From Octopus sinensis (lineage: Eukaryota), in contig NC_043003.1 of NCBI RefSeq assembly GCF_006345805.1, positions 45,632,001-45,696,000 on the forward strand: a stretch of 64,000 nucleotides of DNA, in the 5' to 3' direction. Each line of letters starts with the position of its first letter. Position 1 is the stretch's first letter. The position numbers were made by a program, and so were the translations under genes. This document shows positions 12,881-26,425 of this stretch, piece after piece. Below the pieces are notes generated by a model. It did not search any database, was not told the origin of the DNA, and was given only the letters and a program-made list of their open reading frames with translations.

Positions 12881-13879
12881 GATGTTACTTGATTGTAAAT
12901 TGGAACAACAGCAACAACAACAATGGACATCTTCAAAAATAATAAAACAGTGCCCCAACCCAAAATCCCATTTGGAATTCAAATCGACCACCAACAACCT
13001 TGGCTTATTATATTAAAGTGTTAAAGAGAGATTCCTGTGATGTAAAACATGTGCCTTAATAAGCTTATCATCAAAACCATCCCGTTTTTAAAACCCAAAC
13101 TAAAACGTGACCGTCCTTTTCTTAAAAAGATAGTGTGTAATTTGGGAAAAATTTGGTTGTTATAACCAGCATGCGCTGTGTATACGCAAAAGAACTCTTA
13201 CCATAATCTCACATTTATAATATTTGCAAATGCAAGGTTCTGCTTTCGAAACCAATAAATACTTTATCTCTGAGCAGTTGCTTACTCCCTACAGAAGTCG
13301 ACGACAATCCACTTTATATTGTTTCTCATGTATCTGGAAACTTGCTGCAACTTAACCATAGTCAATACTGCAGCTTCACTTGCAAATACGCATAAGAAAG
13401 ATTTTTAAAAATAAACAAAAATACTGCCATTTGCTTGATTTGCAAAATATCTAACCTCAAAAAAAAAAAAAAAAAAGAGCTAACTCCTTAACATACTACC
13501 CTTGGTTGGTTTAGCGAGTTTCTTTCTGTTCGAAGCATTCAGGCCAAATATTCCATTTCAGGATAACATCTTCCCTTATTTCCACCACTCAGAAAAACCC
13601 TGATGATAAAAGTAAAGAATGATAACTTCTGCTCCTCCCTCTCTGCATAATCGTTAAAACTATTATCTGAACTAGTATGCTACAAACTACCACAACACGC
13701 CTTATACTCATAGATTATTCTATAATCACTGAATATGTCTCACTAAACACGTTTCTCAGTCATTTCTCTTAGAAGTACCGTCAATCAACCTTATCGATTT
13801 TAATAGGCTGAGAGTACTTTCAAAGGTCATGGTCACTGCGCCTATTAATATGATTAATTATAAAACAAAAAATGAAAAG

Positions 13880-14215
13880 AAAACCATTCTTTTTCATTGT
13901 TCTCAACTGGAGGAAGGGGTTGTGACCATGCTAATGTGCACGCTTTCCCTGACCAGTGAGATCAATACATTAACGTTACTGATGAACAGTTGCATGTCAA
14001 AGAGTGCAGGAAAAACCATATACGGGGAGGATGTTCCAGAGGGACAATGTTCTAGTAAAACAAGACTTGGTGAAGTGCTTCGAGTAGGGCTTAATGAGTG
14101 TCCACTCTCTCATAAAAAGGTGACAAGAAATGGATAGATGCCTGGGTCGGAAGTGTGTGCGTGTGGAGAGGTGACTCGAGACTGTCCAACTTCCAAGCAA
14201 CCGAGGTCAGGTAAT
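13880..14215 (-). mobile_element. CR1/L2-group LINE 3' fragment
   Basis: KSCFTRTLSLWNILP...FPALFDMQLFISNVN resembles the 'SFF.RT..LWN.LP..VF...Y.L..FK..VN' C-terminus. Confidence 0.7.
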
Positions 14216-14399
14216 TAAAGCGAGAGCGAAAGAGAGAGAGGAATCATTTTGGTTGAATTGTATGCTGGTGTGCAAGACAAGACAGCTTATCGCACCTTAA
14301 TGTGATCCTAGTTGTAATATATTAAAATAAATGAAGGGATGGTCACGACTGGAATGTTTTCGTCACAGATCTACTTAATCAATCTTAATTAACTAACAA

Positions 14400-14552
14400 A
14401 CATTCTTGTGATCATCATTAACATCATCGTTGTGGTCGTCATGGTCGTCGTTATCAGTGCCATCATCACCATCAACAACAAATTCACTACTACGGTCACA
14501 ATTATCATCACCTCCGTGACTACCGCCATCGCTATCACTGTATCATCAAGGT

Positions 14553-14603
<51 letters not shown>

Positions 14604-15180
14604 TAAGACTACAAACACCATCATTAACAGGACTTTTGCTACCATCACAATTACTAGCACCAACTTCATCACCATTATCAGCGTCATCGTTACCACCATC
14701 ATTATCACCGTAAACATCATACACATCATCCTCATCACACTTCTCCTTCTCCTCCTTATCAAAATCAACACCATCACCACCACAAAAATCCCTCATTTCG
14801 TCTTTCTCCTTTTCTTCCGCATCGTCCTTACAAATGCTAACTCCCTCATGACCAACTCATATCCATCATCAGTACAACCATAATCATCTCATCCTCACCA
14901 TCACCGCCACTTGTGCCGCCACCACCACTACCGTTTTCCTTCTTGTCGTCATCGTCGTCGACATCAACATCATCACCATCACCAACAGCATTTTCATTAT
15001 CACCCCAACCACCAACATCAGCAATATTATCAGAATTAACATGACCATCATTAATACCATTTCCATTTTTCGCACAGTTGCCACCTCTACTAGTACTACT
15101 ACCACCTACAGCATCAGAGCACCACAACTATCAGCACCACCAACACTGTCATCTCTACAACCAGCATCATCATCGTAAAC
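14400..15180. repeat. (CAT)n/(CAC)n degenerate trinucleotide tract
   Basis: Visible directly in the sequence. Confidence 0.9.
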
Positions 15181-15723
15181 ATTTAAATCACATTTTCTTG
15201 CAAATGCTCTGAGATGTTCATGACCGTTCTTGTTCTAAGTATGGCCATTCATTGCTGTACTAGCAGCTGCTCAATAGAATATCAAGTACTCACCACAGCA
15301 ATAATGTTTCTCTCTTCTAACCTGTCTTTACCTCACCACACCATTTAGCTTTTATTTCCCAATAGAATTCGGCAATTTCGCCACAACAACATTGGAGAAA
15401 CACACAGCTGACCTGACAACATTAATTTCCTGAACGTATTCAGACTAAAACATATAGAGACAGCAATACACGTGCAGCGGATAAAATAAAAATTAGAGAA
15501 AAAAAATGAAACAGGTATCAGACATAGTCATTCATAACCGCAGAAACAAATAGACATGTGTGTGTGTGTGTGTGTGTGTGTGTATTTATGTATGTATGTA
15601 TCTATACATATATATATATATATATGTGCATATATGTATATGTGTGTATACATACACACACATACACACACACATATATATATACACAGATATATGCGAG
15701 TGTGTGTGCGCATAAATACACTC

Positions 15724-15773
<50 letters not shown>

Positions 15774-15818
15774 TATACATACATATATAATATACACATA
15801 CATATGTATATATATACA

Positions 15819-15889
<71 letters not shown>

Positions 15890-15965
15890 CATACACATAC
15901 ATATATATCTATATATCTATAGATAGACAGATTATATATGCTTGGTGTGTGTGCGTATACATACA

Positions 15966-16003
<38 letters not shown>

Positions 16004-17423
16004 TATATATATATTATATATGAGAGTGTGACTGAAATTAGAGTTTTTTAAAAGGAGTATAACAGCTAACAACAATCACTGAAAGCAACATTAACAGGGA
16101 TATAAAAAGATAGGACTCGATATATTGAAGAAATATTTTGACTTAAAACATCGAAATCGCAGTAATTTTGAATGTCTGTGTAATATAATATATGCATACG
16201 AACATATGCAGTCATTTACAGGGTGTTACAAAAACGTGCTTACACACACTGAATGGTTATGAAGTCGATGTTTGTAAGATTAAATTTCCTTTTCTAAATT
16301 TCATTGAGAGTGCAAACAGAATTGAATTTTTAAGTAACGTGTGTTTACAAACTGATGAATGTTCTGGTCCTGGAACTGATGATAATGCGAAGCAATGGTA
16401 TCGCAGACTTTATGAAGTTGTTTAATTAAATTACCAAATATGCTCTCAAATATCTCTCGTACACTATGTGTGTGTGTGCGCGCGCGCGTTTCTGGGTGAC
16501 ATGATTTCGTTTAGCCATAGTGATACTAATAACCATTTGTTAGAACTACTTATGCTTTTGAGTAAATTGCTAGGCGAATACTGAAGGTAATGTTAATTCA
16601 TGAATGTTAAAAGAATTCAACTCTGGGAGCATTGCTTCTATCCGAAACAGCTGTAAGGTAATGAAGGTCATTATGCGATCTCTGTTTATTTTTGTCCTTC
16701 ATTAATTGAATGTGTATGTGTGTTTGTGTTTGTATGTGTATGCGCGTGTATAAATATATGAATTTAGACAAATACATATAGAAATGAAGTATATATATAT
16801 ACTAGCAAATGCAGCCGTCCCCTGGACGGTTTAAGCTGCTTTGTTGGTATTTTTTTCACTAAATAATTGAACTATCTAGACGGTTTATGAGTAGCACGGC
16901 AATCTATATTTCCGATTAACCTAGGAACGGCAAATGGAATTGAAGGCTGGATACTGTGGAGGTCGTTGTACTTTAATGATCATAGAACATATAAGATTGT
17001 AAGCTATGCAAAGTAGAGCTACTGAAGTGTTTTGGGAGTAGATTACGGATAATAACTACAAAATATAGCTGTTTTACATGAAAATGAAATTTTTTGTCAG
17101 AAACAGCCACATACATGGTGTAAGGAAATTGAAGGAAGACTTTGAGACTTCCTCTCTGCGAATTTATTTTATTCAACCTCAAAGAGAGCTATTTTTTTCA
17201 GTTAGGTAAGCTAACAAAAGCCCCTTTATTCTGTCTTCCCACATAGCCTCCGCACAAATTAACAGCGAATGCCGTATAAAGTTAAATTGGCATGGAGCTT
17301 TCGTTAGTGGAAGCAAAACTCTTATTTAAAGGTTGATTCTTCGGGACGAATCATATGTGATTGTTTAAAAAGGGCTTGAACGAAAATGCTAAAACGTATT
17401 TCAAACAATGGACAACAGTTGAA

Positions 17424-17645
17424 ATAGCAGAAACGTTAGCGCGCCGGGCGAAATGCTTAGCAGTATTTCGTCTGTCGTTACGTTCTGAGTTCAAATTCCG
17501 CCGAGGTCAACTTTGCCTTTCATCCTTTCGGGGTCGATAAATTAAGTACCAGTTACGCACTGGGGTCGATGTAAACGACTTAATACCTATGTCTGTCCTT
17601 GTTTGTCCCCTCTATGTTTAGCTCCTTGTGGGTAGTAAAGAAATA
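17424..17645 (+). mobile_element. SINE family B
   Basis: Near-consensus; B-box GAGTTCAAATTCC. Confidence 0.9.
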
Positions 17646-18156
17646 GGTATAATAAATGGGTAAATAAGCATCCTTAAAGTGAAACAACGGTATCAAAGGT
17701 AAACAAAGGTATCAACAAATATAAGAGAGGGAAGAGAACATTACCTTTAAAGTAACTCTGAATAGGTAAAGGTAGGCTTGCTAAAGTTTAAAACAGTTTA
17801 AATATGTAGATTAAGATAATTCAGTATTGGATATTGATTGCGTAGTGTTCCTAGTCAATTTAATCAACGAGGCAATTGGATAGTCGAAATAAATAGACAA
17901 AATCCTTTCACTTTTATAAAGTATTTTAAAAAGTATGGAAAACCCTACATACAAAAGCTATGTCAATTTAGGTTCATTTACGCGTGATCTCTGGGCAAAA
18001 TGGTATCGCGCATGACCATCGTTGGGACATAAGTAATGTGTGCGTAAAGTTTGGTGAAAATCGGTTGAGAATTGTGGAAATGTATGCATTAGTCATTATA
18101 CACACACATACTGTGATTTATATATACTACACACACACAGCACACACACACCATAT

Positions 18157-18201
<45 letters not shown>

Positions 18202-18225
18202 TAATATATATATACACACCATGAG

Positions 18226-18262
<37 letters not shown>

Positions 18263-18664
18263 AAGAGGAAGAGAGAGATTTGTTCCTCGATTTACCTGTT
18301 TTCGCAATAAGATATATCCTCTAAATAATTGTGTATTGAGTTCTCCATTCAACATAAATTGTTGTCACATCTATTCTAGGCACATTTTGTTTACATATAT
18401 GACATGGCCACTTTGTGGTACTTCTCTGAGTTCACTTTTGTTTAATTTACAAATACAAACGCACTCGTATGTGAGAATGTGTGTATCTAAACACTTGTGT
18501 GTGTGTGAGTCTGTTTCTTTGCATAAATATAAGCGGATTTGTTTTATAGACAAAGTGAAGTGAATAATTGTATGAACATGCTTAAACGAGGGGTATTTAC
18601 AGACAGCCATACACATATAACAACAACGTATAATATATATATATATATATATATATTAATATAT

Positions 18665-18715
<51 letters not shown>

Positions 18716-19417
18716 CACTAAAAAAAATACTCGCCAGACATATGAAATGAAATTAATTGGTTCGACTAATTACAAGGTCTGCATTGCTGAAACGTGAATG
18801 AATTATAGGTATGTATGCGTATGCTGGTATATGTTTTCGTGTCTATCGTGGATATGCCCTATGTGTGTATGTGTATGCATGTGTGTGTCATGCGGTCTCG
18901 TATGTGTGTATCTGTGTGTGTGTGTCTCTGTGTATGTATAAATAAGCAGATGTGTAGCGATTTGGTTAGACGTGTTTTAAGTGTGCAAATAGAACTATTC
19001 TTACGCATATATTTAATTACATATTTGCGAACAGAAAGACACACACACACAAATATATGCTATATATTATAGGTTATATATGCACATAGACACACACAGG
19101 CGTATTGTATTAGTCTTAAGTACTTATATATATATATACCGTATATATACAGTGTGTGTGTACGTATACATATATACGTATATATGTATGTATATATGCA
19201 TACACTATGCACAAACATATATACACATAGTTGTGCTTATGTTAGTGCATGTTGTGTATAACATGTATGTACATATTTACATATGCACATATACGTAAAA
19301 AGAATTACTAATCAAAGATTATCGAAGTTGCGCCGAACAAGCTAGAAGCAAGAGTATGACTTCCGTACTATTCAAAGTTATAGAACAATAGCATAGATTT
19401 CGTCCTTTGTTCGTTAA

Positions 19418-19815
19418 TTACCTCCGACAAGGAAGGAGGTTATGTTTTCTTCGGCGTTGGTTTGTCTGTCTGCCTGTCTCTGTCTGTCCGACTGTGTGCA
19501 AAACAACTTTAAAATTTTTGAACGGTATTTGATGAAACTTGCAGAAAAATTTGGTAATGACACAAGGAGCAGATGACGAAATTCTGGTAGCGATCCGGGA
19601 ATTTTTATGGATACTTGGAAGATTTTTCCTTTGTTATATTTACTTTACATGAAGTATTAAAATGTTACGTTCTTCGATTATCTCCCTTGAAAACACGGTC
19701 ATCGTTTCCACGTAACCTATGGTGGTGTTGCTGTTTCCAAAGTTTATTTTCGTTTCCTTATTAGTAATTTTATTCGCGTATCTATCTTAAAATGATCTGC
19801 TTGGCGGAGGTCTGC
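19418..19815 (+). mobile_element. Helentron-associated non-autonomous element (HINE/DINE-1-like)
   Basis: Subterminal inverted repeats ACCTCCGACAAG (19420) and CTTGGCGGAGGT (19800), with a (TCTG)n near the 5' end. The 3' hairpin is displaced by a LINE fragment. Confidence 0.72.
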
Positions 19816-20095
19816 GGAGGATGACATGACAAGCCTTGACTATTGGGATCGACTCAAAAAGCTCAGGCTTTACTCCCTCCACCGCCGCTGTGAGCTCTAT
19901 ATTATCTGTATGATGTAGAAAATATTCCATCAACATTGCCGATCTTTAAAATTTGGCCGAGCCTTGGCCTCCGTACCATGCATCCACTACAAAAATGTAC
20001 GTGTCGTATCACAACACTATGACAGAACTGTTTCACCTCAGTTGGCCCTGCTCTCTTCAAAATCGTGCCAGACACACATAAAGGAAGAAAGTGAC
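19816..20095 (+). mobile_element. CR1/L2-group LINE RT C-terminal fragment
   Basis: LDYWDRLKKLRLYSLHRRCELYIICM ... NCFTSVGPALFKIVP. Confidence 0.75.
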
Positions 20096-20293
20096 TTCAC
20101 GGCGTAACCGACTGTTACTTTTCCGACCATGATGTTGTGTGTGTATCACTCAAGTTTTATAGGTAATTGTTGTTTCTTTTTAGTTGCATGGTGAAATTAG
20201 TTTGCTGTTGTCATTGATGTATTATAACTGCTTCAGATGATTCCTGTGTTTAAAGGGTTTTTTTTTTAAAATCATATGGCTGTGTTATTTTTT

Positions 20294-20423
20294 TAACCTC
20301 GCCAAGGAGGTTATGTTTTTGTCGGCGTTGGTTTGGGAAATTGGGCGATTTTCAGCATGCGTGTATATGGGCGGAAATGAGTTGCTTGGTGGCGGCCTGC
20401 GCCCTCCGAGTGCTTTTCTAGTT
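20294..20423 (+). mobile_element. Short deletion derivative of the same HINE family
   Basis: AACCTCGCCAAGGAGGTTATG ... GCGCCCTCCGAGTGCTTTTCTAGTT (3' hairpin plus CTAGTT). Confidence 0.72.
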
Positions 20424-20689
20424 ATTTCTTAATTCCTTAAAATGGCAAGTTGTAACCAAACATTCTCGTTTACATTCTACATGATAGGATTTTTGGTTTC
20501 ATCTTTCTTCAGCCCTTGACATTCAAGTATTTGCTGACGGTAATAGTATTAGAGACGGTGGAGGTAGGCTTTCAAATTCTGAGGAAGTCACAGGAGCGCT
20601 GCCGTTACGTACGGAATGTCTGGGAGAAATTGAACCTAGTAATACCGATAACTGTGAAGGACCGATTTCTTCCAGAGAGAGAACGTTAA

Positions 20690-21210
20690 TATATTGGCAG
20701 GAGAGGAAGGGAAGGAAGAGGAGGAGAAAGGGGAGGAAGCAGAAGAGGAAGCGGAGAAAGGGGAAGAAGAGGAGAAAAAAGACGAATAGGAACAGGAGAC
20801 AAAAAAGGAGAAAGAAGTGGAGGAAGAGAAAGAAGAGGAGAAAGTAGTGGAGGAGGAAGAGGAGAAAGAAGAGGAGTAAAAAGAGAATAAAGAATAGGAG
20901 GAAGAATAGAAAGAAGAGGAAGAAGGGGAGACACAAGAGAAGAAACAAGAAGAGAAAGAAAAGAAAGAAGAGAAAGAAGAGGAAGAAAAGGAAACAGAAG
21001 AGGAGAAAGAAGAGGAAAAAGGAAGAGAAAGAAGAGGAAAAGTAAGAGGAGGAAGAAGAGCAGAGAAAGAGGAGAAAGAAGAGATGGAAGAACAGAAGAA
21101 AAGAGAGGAGAAATAGAGGTGAAGAGGAGACAGAAGCGGAAAAATGAGGAGAAACGAGAGGAGAAAAAGTGGAAGATGAAGAGGAGAAAGAAAAGGAGAA
21201 AGAAGGATAC
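20690..21210. repeat. Polypurine (GAA/GGA) tract
   Basis: About 520 bp almost entirely A/G on the + strand. Confidence 0.92.
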
Positions 21211-22397
21211 TGATTTCAGTATTGAACTGATACTTTTAATTAACGACAACGGAAGGCCAAAAGCCAAGATTGATCTTGTTGCGAAATTTAACCAAACGAC
21301 AGGGAGCTGAAAATAATACTATAAGACTTTCGATTGGACGTTATTATGACTTTGCCGTATGCAAACTCACATACGAGTAAAAGTTCACACTCAAATACGT
21401 GTAAAAGCACACTCACATATTTGAACTAAACGAAGAAATGAAATTCACTACACTAGTATGTATAACCGCAAGAGGGCATCTCCTCTAGCTGGTTAACGAT
21501 GCAGAGCTGCATCCGATAAAGTGCGAGCAGGGGAGCGAGCCCATTTGTTTTTATTTATTTCTAATCAGTAGCGATGTACGAAAGTGTTTCAAGACCGAGT
21601 GATTTGTTTGTCATACCACTTATAATGCTGATAAGTGCCGTGAACGAAACTCTCAGCACTTGATCCACGTTTACAACTTTCTGCCGACTAAAAATAATAG
21701 AATGTACATACACAACATACACACACACAAACAAACACACATAAATATGTATAATTGTGTGTGCATGTGTGTAGTCCATGTATATATTAATGTATATGTT
21801 ACGAATGTGTCTTCAAAACACGTCTATTGTCTGTTGTCAACGAGGTTCCCTGTAATTTGTGAACAATCACCTCCACCATACTTTTCTTAAGAAATTTAAT
21901 CTCTTACATGAAATGAAATAGTCTAAAAATAAATATTGTCGAATTTTAAATTATACCTGAATCTCACTTCTACTCTGCTGACTATGAGCAGTTAATTGGC
22001 ACCAAACACAATTCTACAGAGTTTTGTTCAGATTTAACGTCATGATTATTTCAATTACGGAAAGTCCTTCAGAATAATTAAACTCCTTATTCTGACATTA
22101 TTAGAAAGCTAAAATAATCCAAATGATTTAGTATGAACAATGCAAGCAGCTTACACCTGGATGATATGTTAACGTCAGTAGCTGACACCTTAATTTTAGT
22201 GAGATTTGATATTAATAACAGATTGTTAATAGATCTCGCGTATGTCTCGATATTAAGAACGAATATTCCATTTCAAAGTAACTACTTAATCACTCTGTAT
22301 TATGTACACACACACAAACACACACACATACGCACATACACACACATACAAACACACACACTCACATACACACAAAGCACACACACACACATATATA

Positions 22398-22575
22398 CTT
22401 CGGGGGTGCTGAAAAGTTCCTGGTTTGGGGGGTAAAAGAAAATTATGACTTTATCCAACACATTCCTCTCTCAGATTCACACATTTACTGCAGCGCGCCT
22501 TTAGTTTTTCTAAGCCCTATAAAAGAACTCGAAATGTTAAGCCTCCAACCAGGCCTTTCGCAATACCCTTCAAGA
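22398..22575 (-). mobile_element. Mariner transposon 3' end, related to the 1925 copy
   Basis: The reverse strand matches 1940-2089 and encodes a similar ...RCSKCVNLR.E..G* terminus; ends CAGCACCCCCGAAG|TA. Confidence 0.7.
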
Positions 22576-23987
22576 CAGATGGGTGCTCCCTTAACGGAAC
22601 TCTCAGATATATTTTACATACTTTTTCAATTACAAATGCAAGGCATTCGACACACACTTAAGCATTCTTCTTAATGTAACAGCACTGGTTTACCACGAGT
22701 GTAACCGTTATTTTTACGCCATGTGGAGACCATAATTTGGAGCAGGAGCCCAGTAGCTATAAAGTAAAGTTCTCTGTTCCCTACTGAAATATCTTAGAAT
22801 CCAAACACCCACCTACCTACATATTTTGGACATCATACTAATATGCACAGGGAATAATGTATCATTACTCATGTGAATTCCCTGATCGAACATTCTGAGG
22901 CTGCAATACCTGCTTGATTATTAACTGTATATAATCTGTTTATTAACCACGGAGCACTTGAAATTGTTTTAGCATTTAACTATATGTTGTTTCCCTCAGT
23001 ACATTTCTAAGTGTTACCTTCAATTCTTTCTGCAGTTTCGTGCTACTAGGGATCTTGTTTGCCCGTGACACTTTTGTATCGTCAGGATAAATGGTGAGAC
23101 TGTCTAACTCTATGACTTTTAACACACTCATGCATATATAAGTCTGAACATATGTATATGTGTGTGCATACATATATGTATGTATATGTGTGAATATATA
23201 TGTGGGTGTATTTGTGGTGGGGTGTATTGTTCTCAATTGGCAAGAATAAAGTTTCTAAAACGCATCGATAAATTCGAATGATTCCTTTGGGCCAATAGTC
23301 CAGTGGTAGAATGCCTGTCATTTTAGAGGGGCTTAGCGTTCCACACTATACTCTGTGCTTTTAACCCATAACGTACAATTTAAGCTTTATTTGTTTGAGA
23401 TTCACCTTCTTAAAACTATATATATAAGAGGTGCAGCACGGAAGAGATCGCGGTTTCAAAGCGACGAAAATATTTTGATAACTTATATTTAACAGTTGAA
23501 GTGAATCTAACGGGTTTTGTGTGTTTTTAAATGGCTTATAGACAACTTCCACGCTGCAATTGTTTTTTGTGATCACAGATCAATTCACTTGCTATGCAAG
23601 TGCAACTCCTATATATATATATATATATATATTATTATTATTATTATATTATTATTATTATTATATATTATTATTAGTATTATTATCATTATTATTACAA
23701 TAACATAATTATTACAATTACATACACATATATAAACATTTATACATGTATGTGTGTATAATCTATGTATGTATATGTATATACATACATTTATGTATAT
23801 ATTATATATGTATAGGTATATATGTATATGTGTATGTTTATGTATATATATGCATATATTATATATATATAATAAACATATATATATATATATATATAAT
23901 ATATATATGTATGATGTAAGGAAAAGTAACCACGATATGGAAAACAAGTCAAGATAGAAAATGCTAAATTAATTTTATAAAAAAACA

Positions 23988-24029
23988 TTTCAGTACCGGT
24001 TTCAGTCATTGGGACTTTTTCAACTGTAA
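23988..24029 (-). ncRNA. Minimal type-I hammerhead motif, U3:A8 variant
   Basis: ttacag-TTGAAAA-agtc(ccaat)gact-GAAA-ccgg-TA-ctgaaa: 4-bp stem II, stem I 5 of 6 pairs, GUA site. Confidence 0.78.
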
Positions 24030-24409
24030 CAATTAAATAATTAAATTTAGAAAAGTTAAAAGAAAAGTTTTTTTTAAAAATAATATTTGTATAGTGTTCA
24101 AATACAAATGGCATTTTCCTTGTTTCTGCCTCTCTCTGACTCTCTTGTTTACTCTTGTGGGTTCGAAGTCGTTGTGAATTCTTGGTAGGGAAGAAGAAGA
24201 AGAAGAAGAAGAAGAAGAAGAATAGGAAGGGGGAGGAGGAGGAGAAGGGGAATAATAATAATAATAATTTGGGAGTGCCATGGCAGTAGTATTTTGAATG
24301 GTCATTGGATGGTAGCAGTCGCTGTTCAATTCATGAAAATATTTCTTTTGAATGCTTTGTTTATAGAAATTGCGTAGGTGTTATTCTAAAAAGCATTAGT
24401 GATAAAGTT

Positions 24410-24625
24410 AGGAAGGAGAAGGAAGGAGACGAAGAAGAAGAAAAAGAAGAAGAAGAAGAAGAAAAAGAAAAGAAGAAGAAGAAAAGAAGAAGAAGAAGAG
24501 AAGAAAAAGAAGAGAAGAAGAAGAAGAAGAGGAAGAAGAATAAGAAAAGAAGAAGAAAAGAAGAAGAAGAAGAAGAAGAAGAAGAAGAAGAAGAAGAAGA
24601 AAAGAAGAAGAAGAATGGAGAATAA
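24410..24625. repeat. (AAG)n expansion inside the PLE remnant
   Basis: Visible directly in the sequence. Confidence 0.92.
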
Positions 24626-24973
24626 GAATGAATGTAGACAGTGTGAAAGTAGTAAGGTGTTAATTGACGTAAAATTAGCCCGTTATGGATTATAGCAGTG
24701 ATTGGGACCGTTTTTTGATGAATTCTTGGGAATCTCTTGAGTGTATCATTTTTAATATTTGCGTGTGTATTTGTGTTATTCTAAGGCCGAGGGGGATATG
24801 TTGATTGTCGTAGACGCGTTCAGAAGGGGGCATGTATTTTGTAATAAAGAGATTTTCTTTACTAATTCGTTGGCTCCAGGTTGTATCGTCCCTGAACTGG
24901 TAGAGGGGAGAAATTCACCTGATATACACACTAACCTTTTCTTTTAATTTTTCTAAATTGAATTATTTAATTG

Positions 24974-25015
24974 TTACAGCTGAAAAAGTCTCAATGACTG
25001 AAACCGGTAATGAAA
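24974..25015 (+). ncRNA. Inverted-arm copy of the hammerhead motif (mutated)
   Basis: ttacag-CTGAAAA-agtc(tcaat)gact-GAAA-ccgg-TA-atgaaa; C3/A8 mismatch and first stem I pair broken. Confidence 0.6.
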
Positions 25016-25104
25016 ATTTTTTTATAAAATTATTTTAACATTTTCTATCTTGACTATATATATGTATGTATGTATGTATATACATATGTATATGGGGTAA
25101 GTAT

Positions 25105-25280
25105 TGTTACTGATGTTCAATTTCGTCCGTCTTCAGGTTCCGAGTTCAAATTCTGCAAAGGTCGACTTTGCCTTTCATCCCCGTCAGGATCTATAAAATA
25201 AGAAGTAGTGGAATGCAGGGTTACATGCAATCAACTATACTCGCTTACCCCCAAAATCTCAGGGCCGGCGCCTATAGTGG
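25105..25280 (+). mobile_element. SINE family B, decayed
   Basis: GAGTTCAAATTCTGCAAAGGTCGACTTTGCCTTTCATCC core. Confidence 0.7.
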
Positions 25281-25879
25281 TAACGACCATCATCATCATC
25301 ATCATCATCATCATCAGCATCACCATCGTCATCATCATCAACACCATCATATTCAGTTTAGTTTTTATTGTAACGAATAATATTAGATATTATGACTGTT
25401 CTTACTATTATGGTAGTTATTCCCCACCCCACCCCACTCCACCCCTCTCCCAATCACCAATGTTTTGTAGTCTTGTTTCCTATTTTATAAATTTCCGTTT
25501 ATTCATTTTCTTTTACTGATTGAAACTATTAAACTAAATTAAATATCAATATTAGTTTAATATAGTAACGCTCCACATAACTTCGGCTTTCTTTTGTGTG
25601 GAAATACCTCAATTCCTCTCGAGTTTGAAAAGTTCTATAACAATTAAAATATTATCTAACACCGGCGTGAAAATTAGTGACGAAAATTAGTTTATAAATA
25701 AATTAACAAAAGTGGAGGAGAGAAAATATATTAAAAGATAAAGAATAGAATCAAAGAAGTGTGTGTGGGGGGTGGAGTGGGGGTAGAGGCAGAATTGTGA
25801 GGAAGTAGGGTAGGAGGAAATGATGACGTCGATGGGAAAGTAGAGAGAAAAAAGGTGTCGAAGGTAATAATGTTGACGA

Positions 25880-26174
25880 CGACGCCGTCGACAATGATTT
25901 TCATGATGATGATGACGATAATGATGACGAAGAGGAAAACGTTGATGAAGACGGTGATGAAGACGGTTGATGAAGACAGTGATGATGATGATGATGATGG
26001 TGATTACGGCCGCGAATAGGATGATGATAATAACGATGACGGTAACGATGATGATGGTGATAATTATGATGATGATGATGACAATGACGGTGTTGAGGAT
26101 GATGATGACGACGACGACGACGACGATGATGATGATTGTGATGACGACGATGATGATGATGATGAAGATGATGG

Positions 26175-26214
<40 letters not shown>

Positions 26215-26425
26215 GATAATGACGATGATGATAATGAAGGTGATGAAGATGATGACGATGATGATGGCGATAATGACGATGATGATGATAATGACGATGA
26301 TGATGATGATGATGATGATGTTGATGATTATAATGATGATGATGATGATGATGATGATGATGGTGACGATGATGATGATGTCGACCACGTGACGACGACG
26401 ACGACAATAACAACAACGATGATCT
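25880..26425. repeat. (GAT)n/(GAC)n tract
   Basis: Visible directly in the sequence. Confidence 0.92.

Larger units (their letters stand above)
23913..25055 (-). mobile_element. Second, diverged Neptune-type PLE 3' remnant with inverted terminal arm
   Basis: 23947-24069 and 24933-25055 are inverted copies. The minus strand at ~24800-24915 encodes SPLYQFRDDTTWSQRISKENLFITKYMP, which aligns with FPFYHFTFGSSTQIRLNKETFFIEKYKP of the 59 kb element. Both ends abut (TA)n. Confidence 0.8.

Noticed and set aside
16350-16410. Two CTGATGA motifs
   Set aside because: No stem II and GAAG instead of GAAA; they lie just after a Tc1/mariner-like TACAGGGTG terminus.
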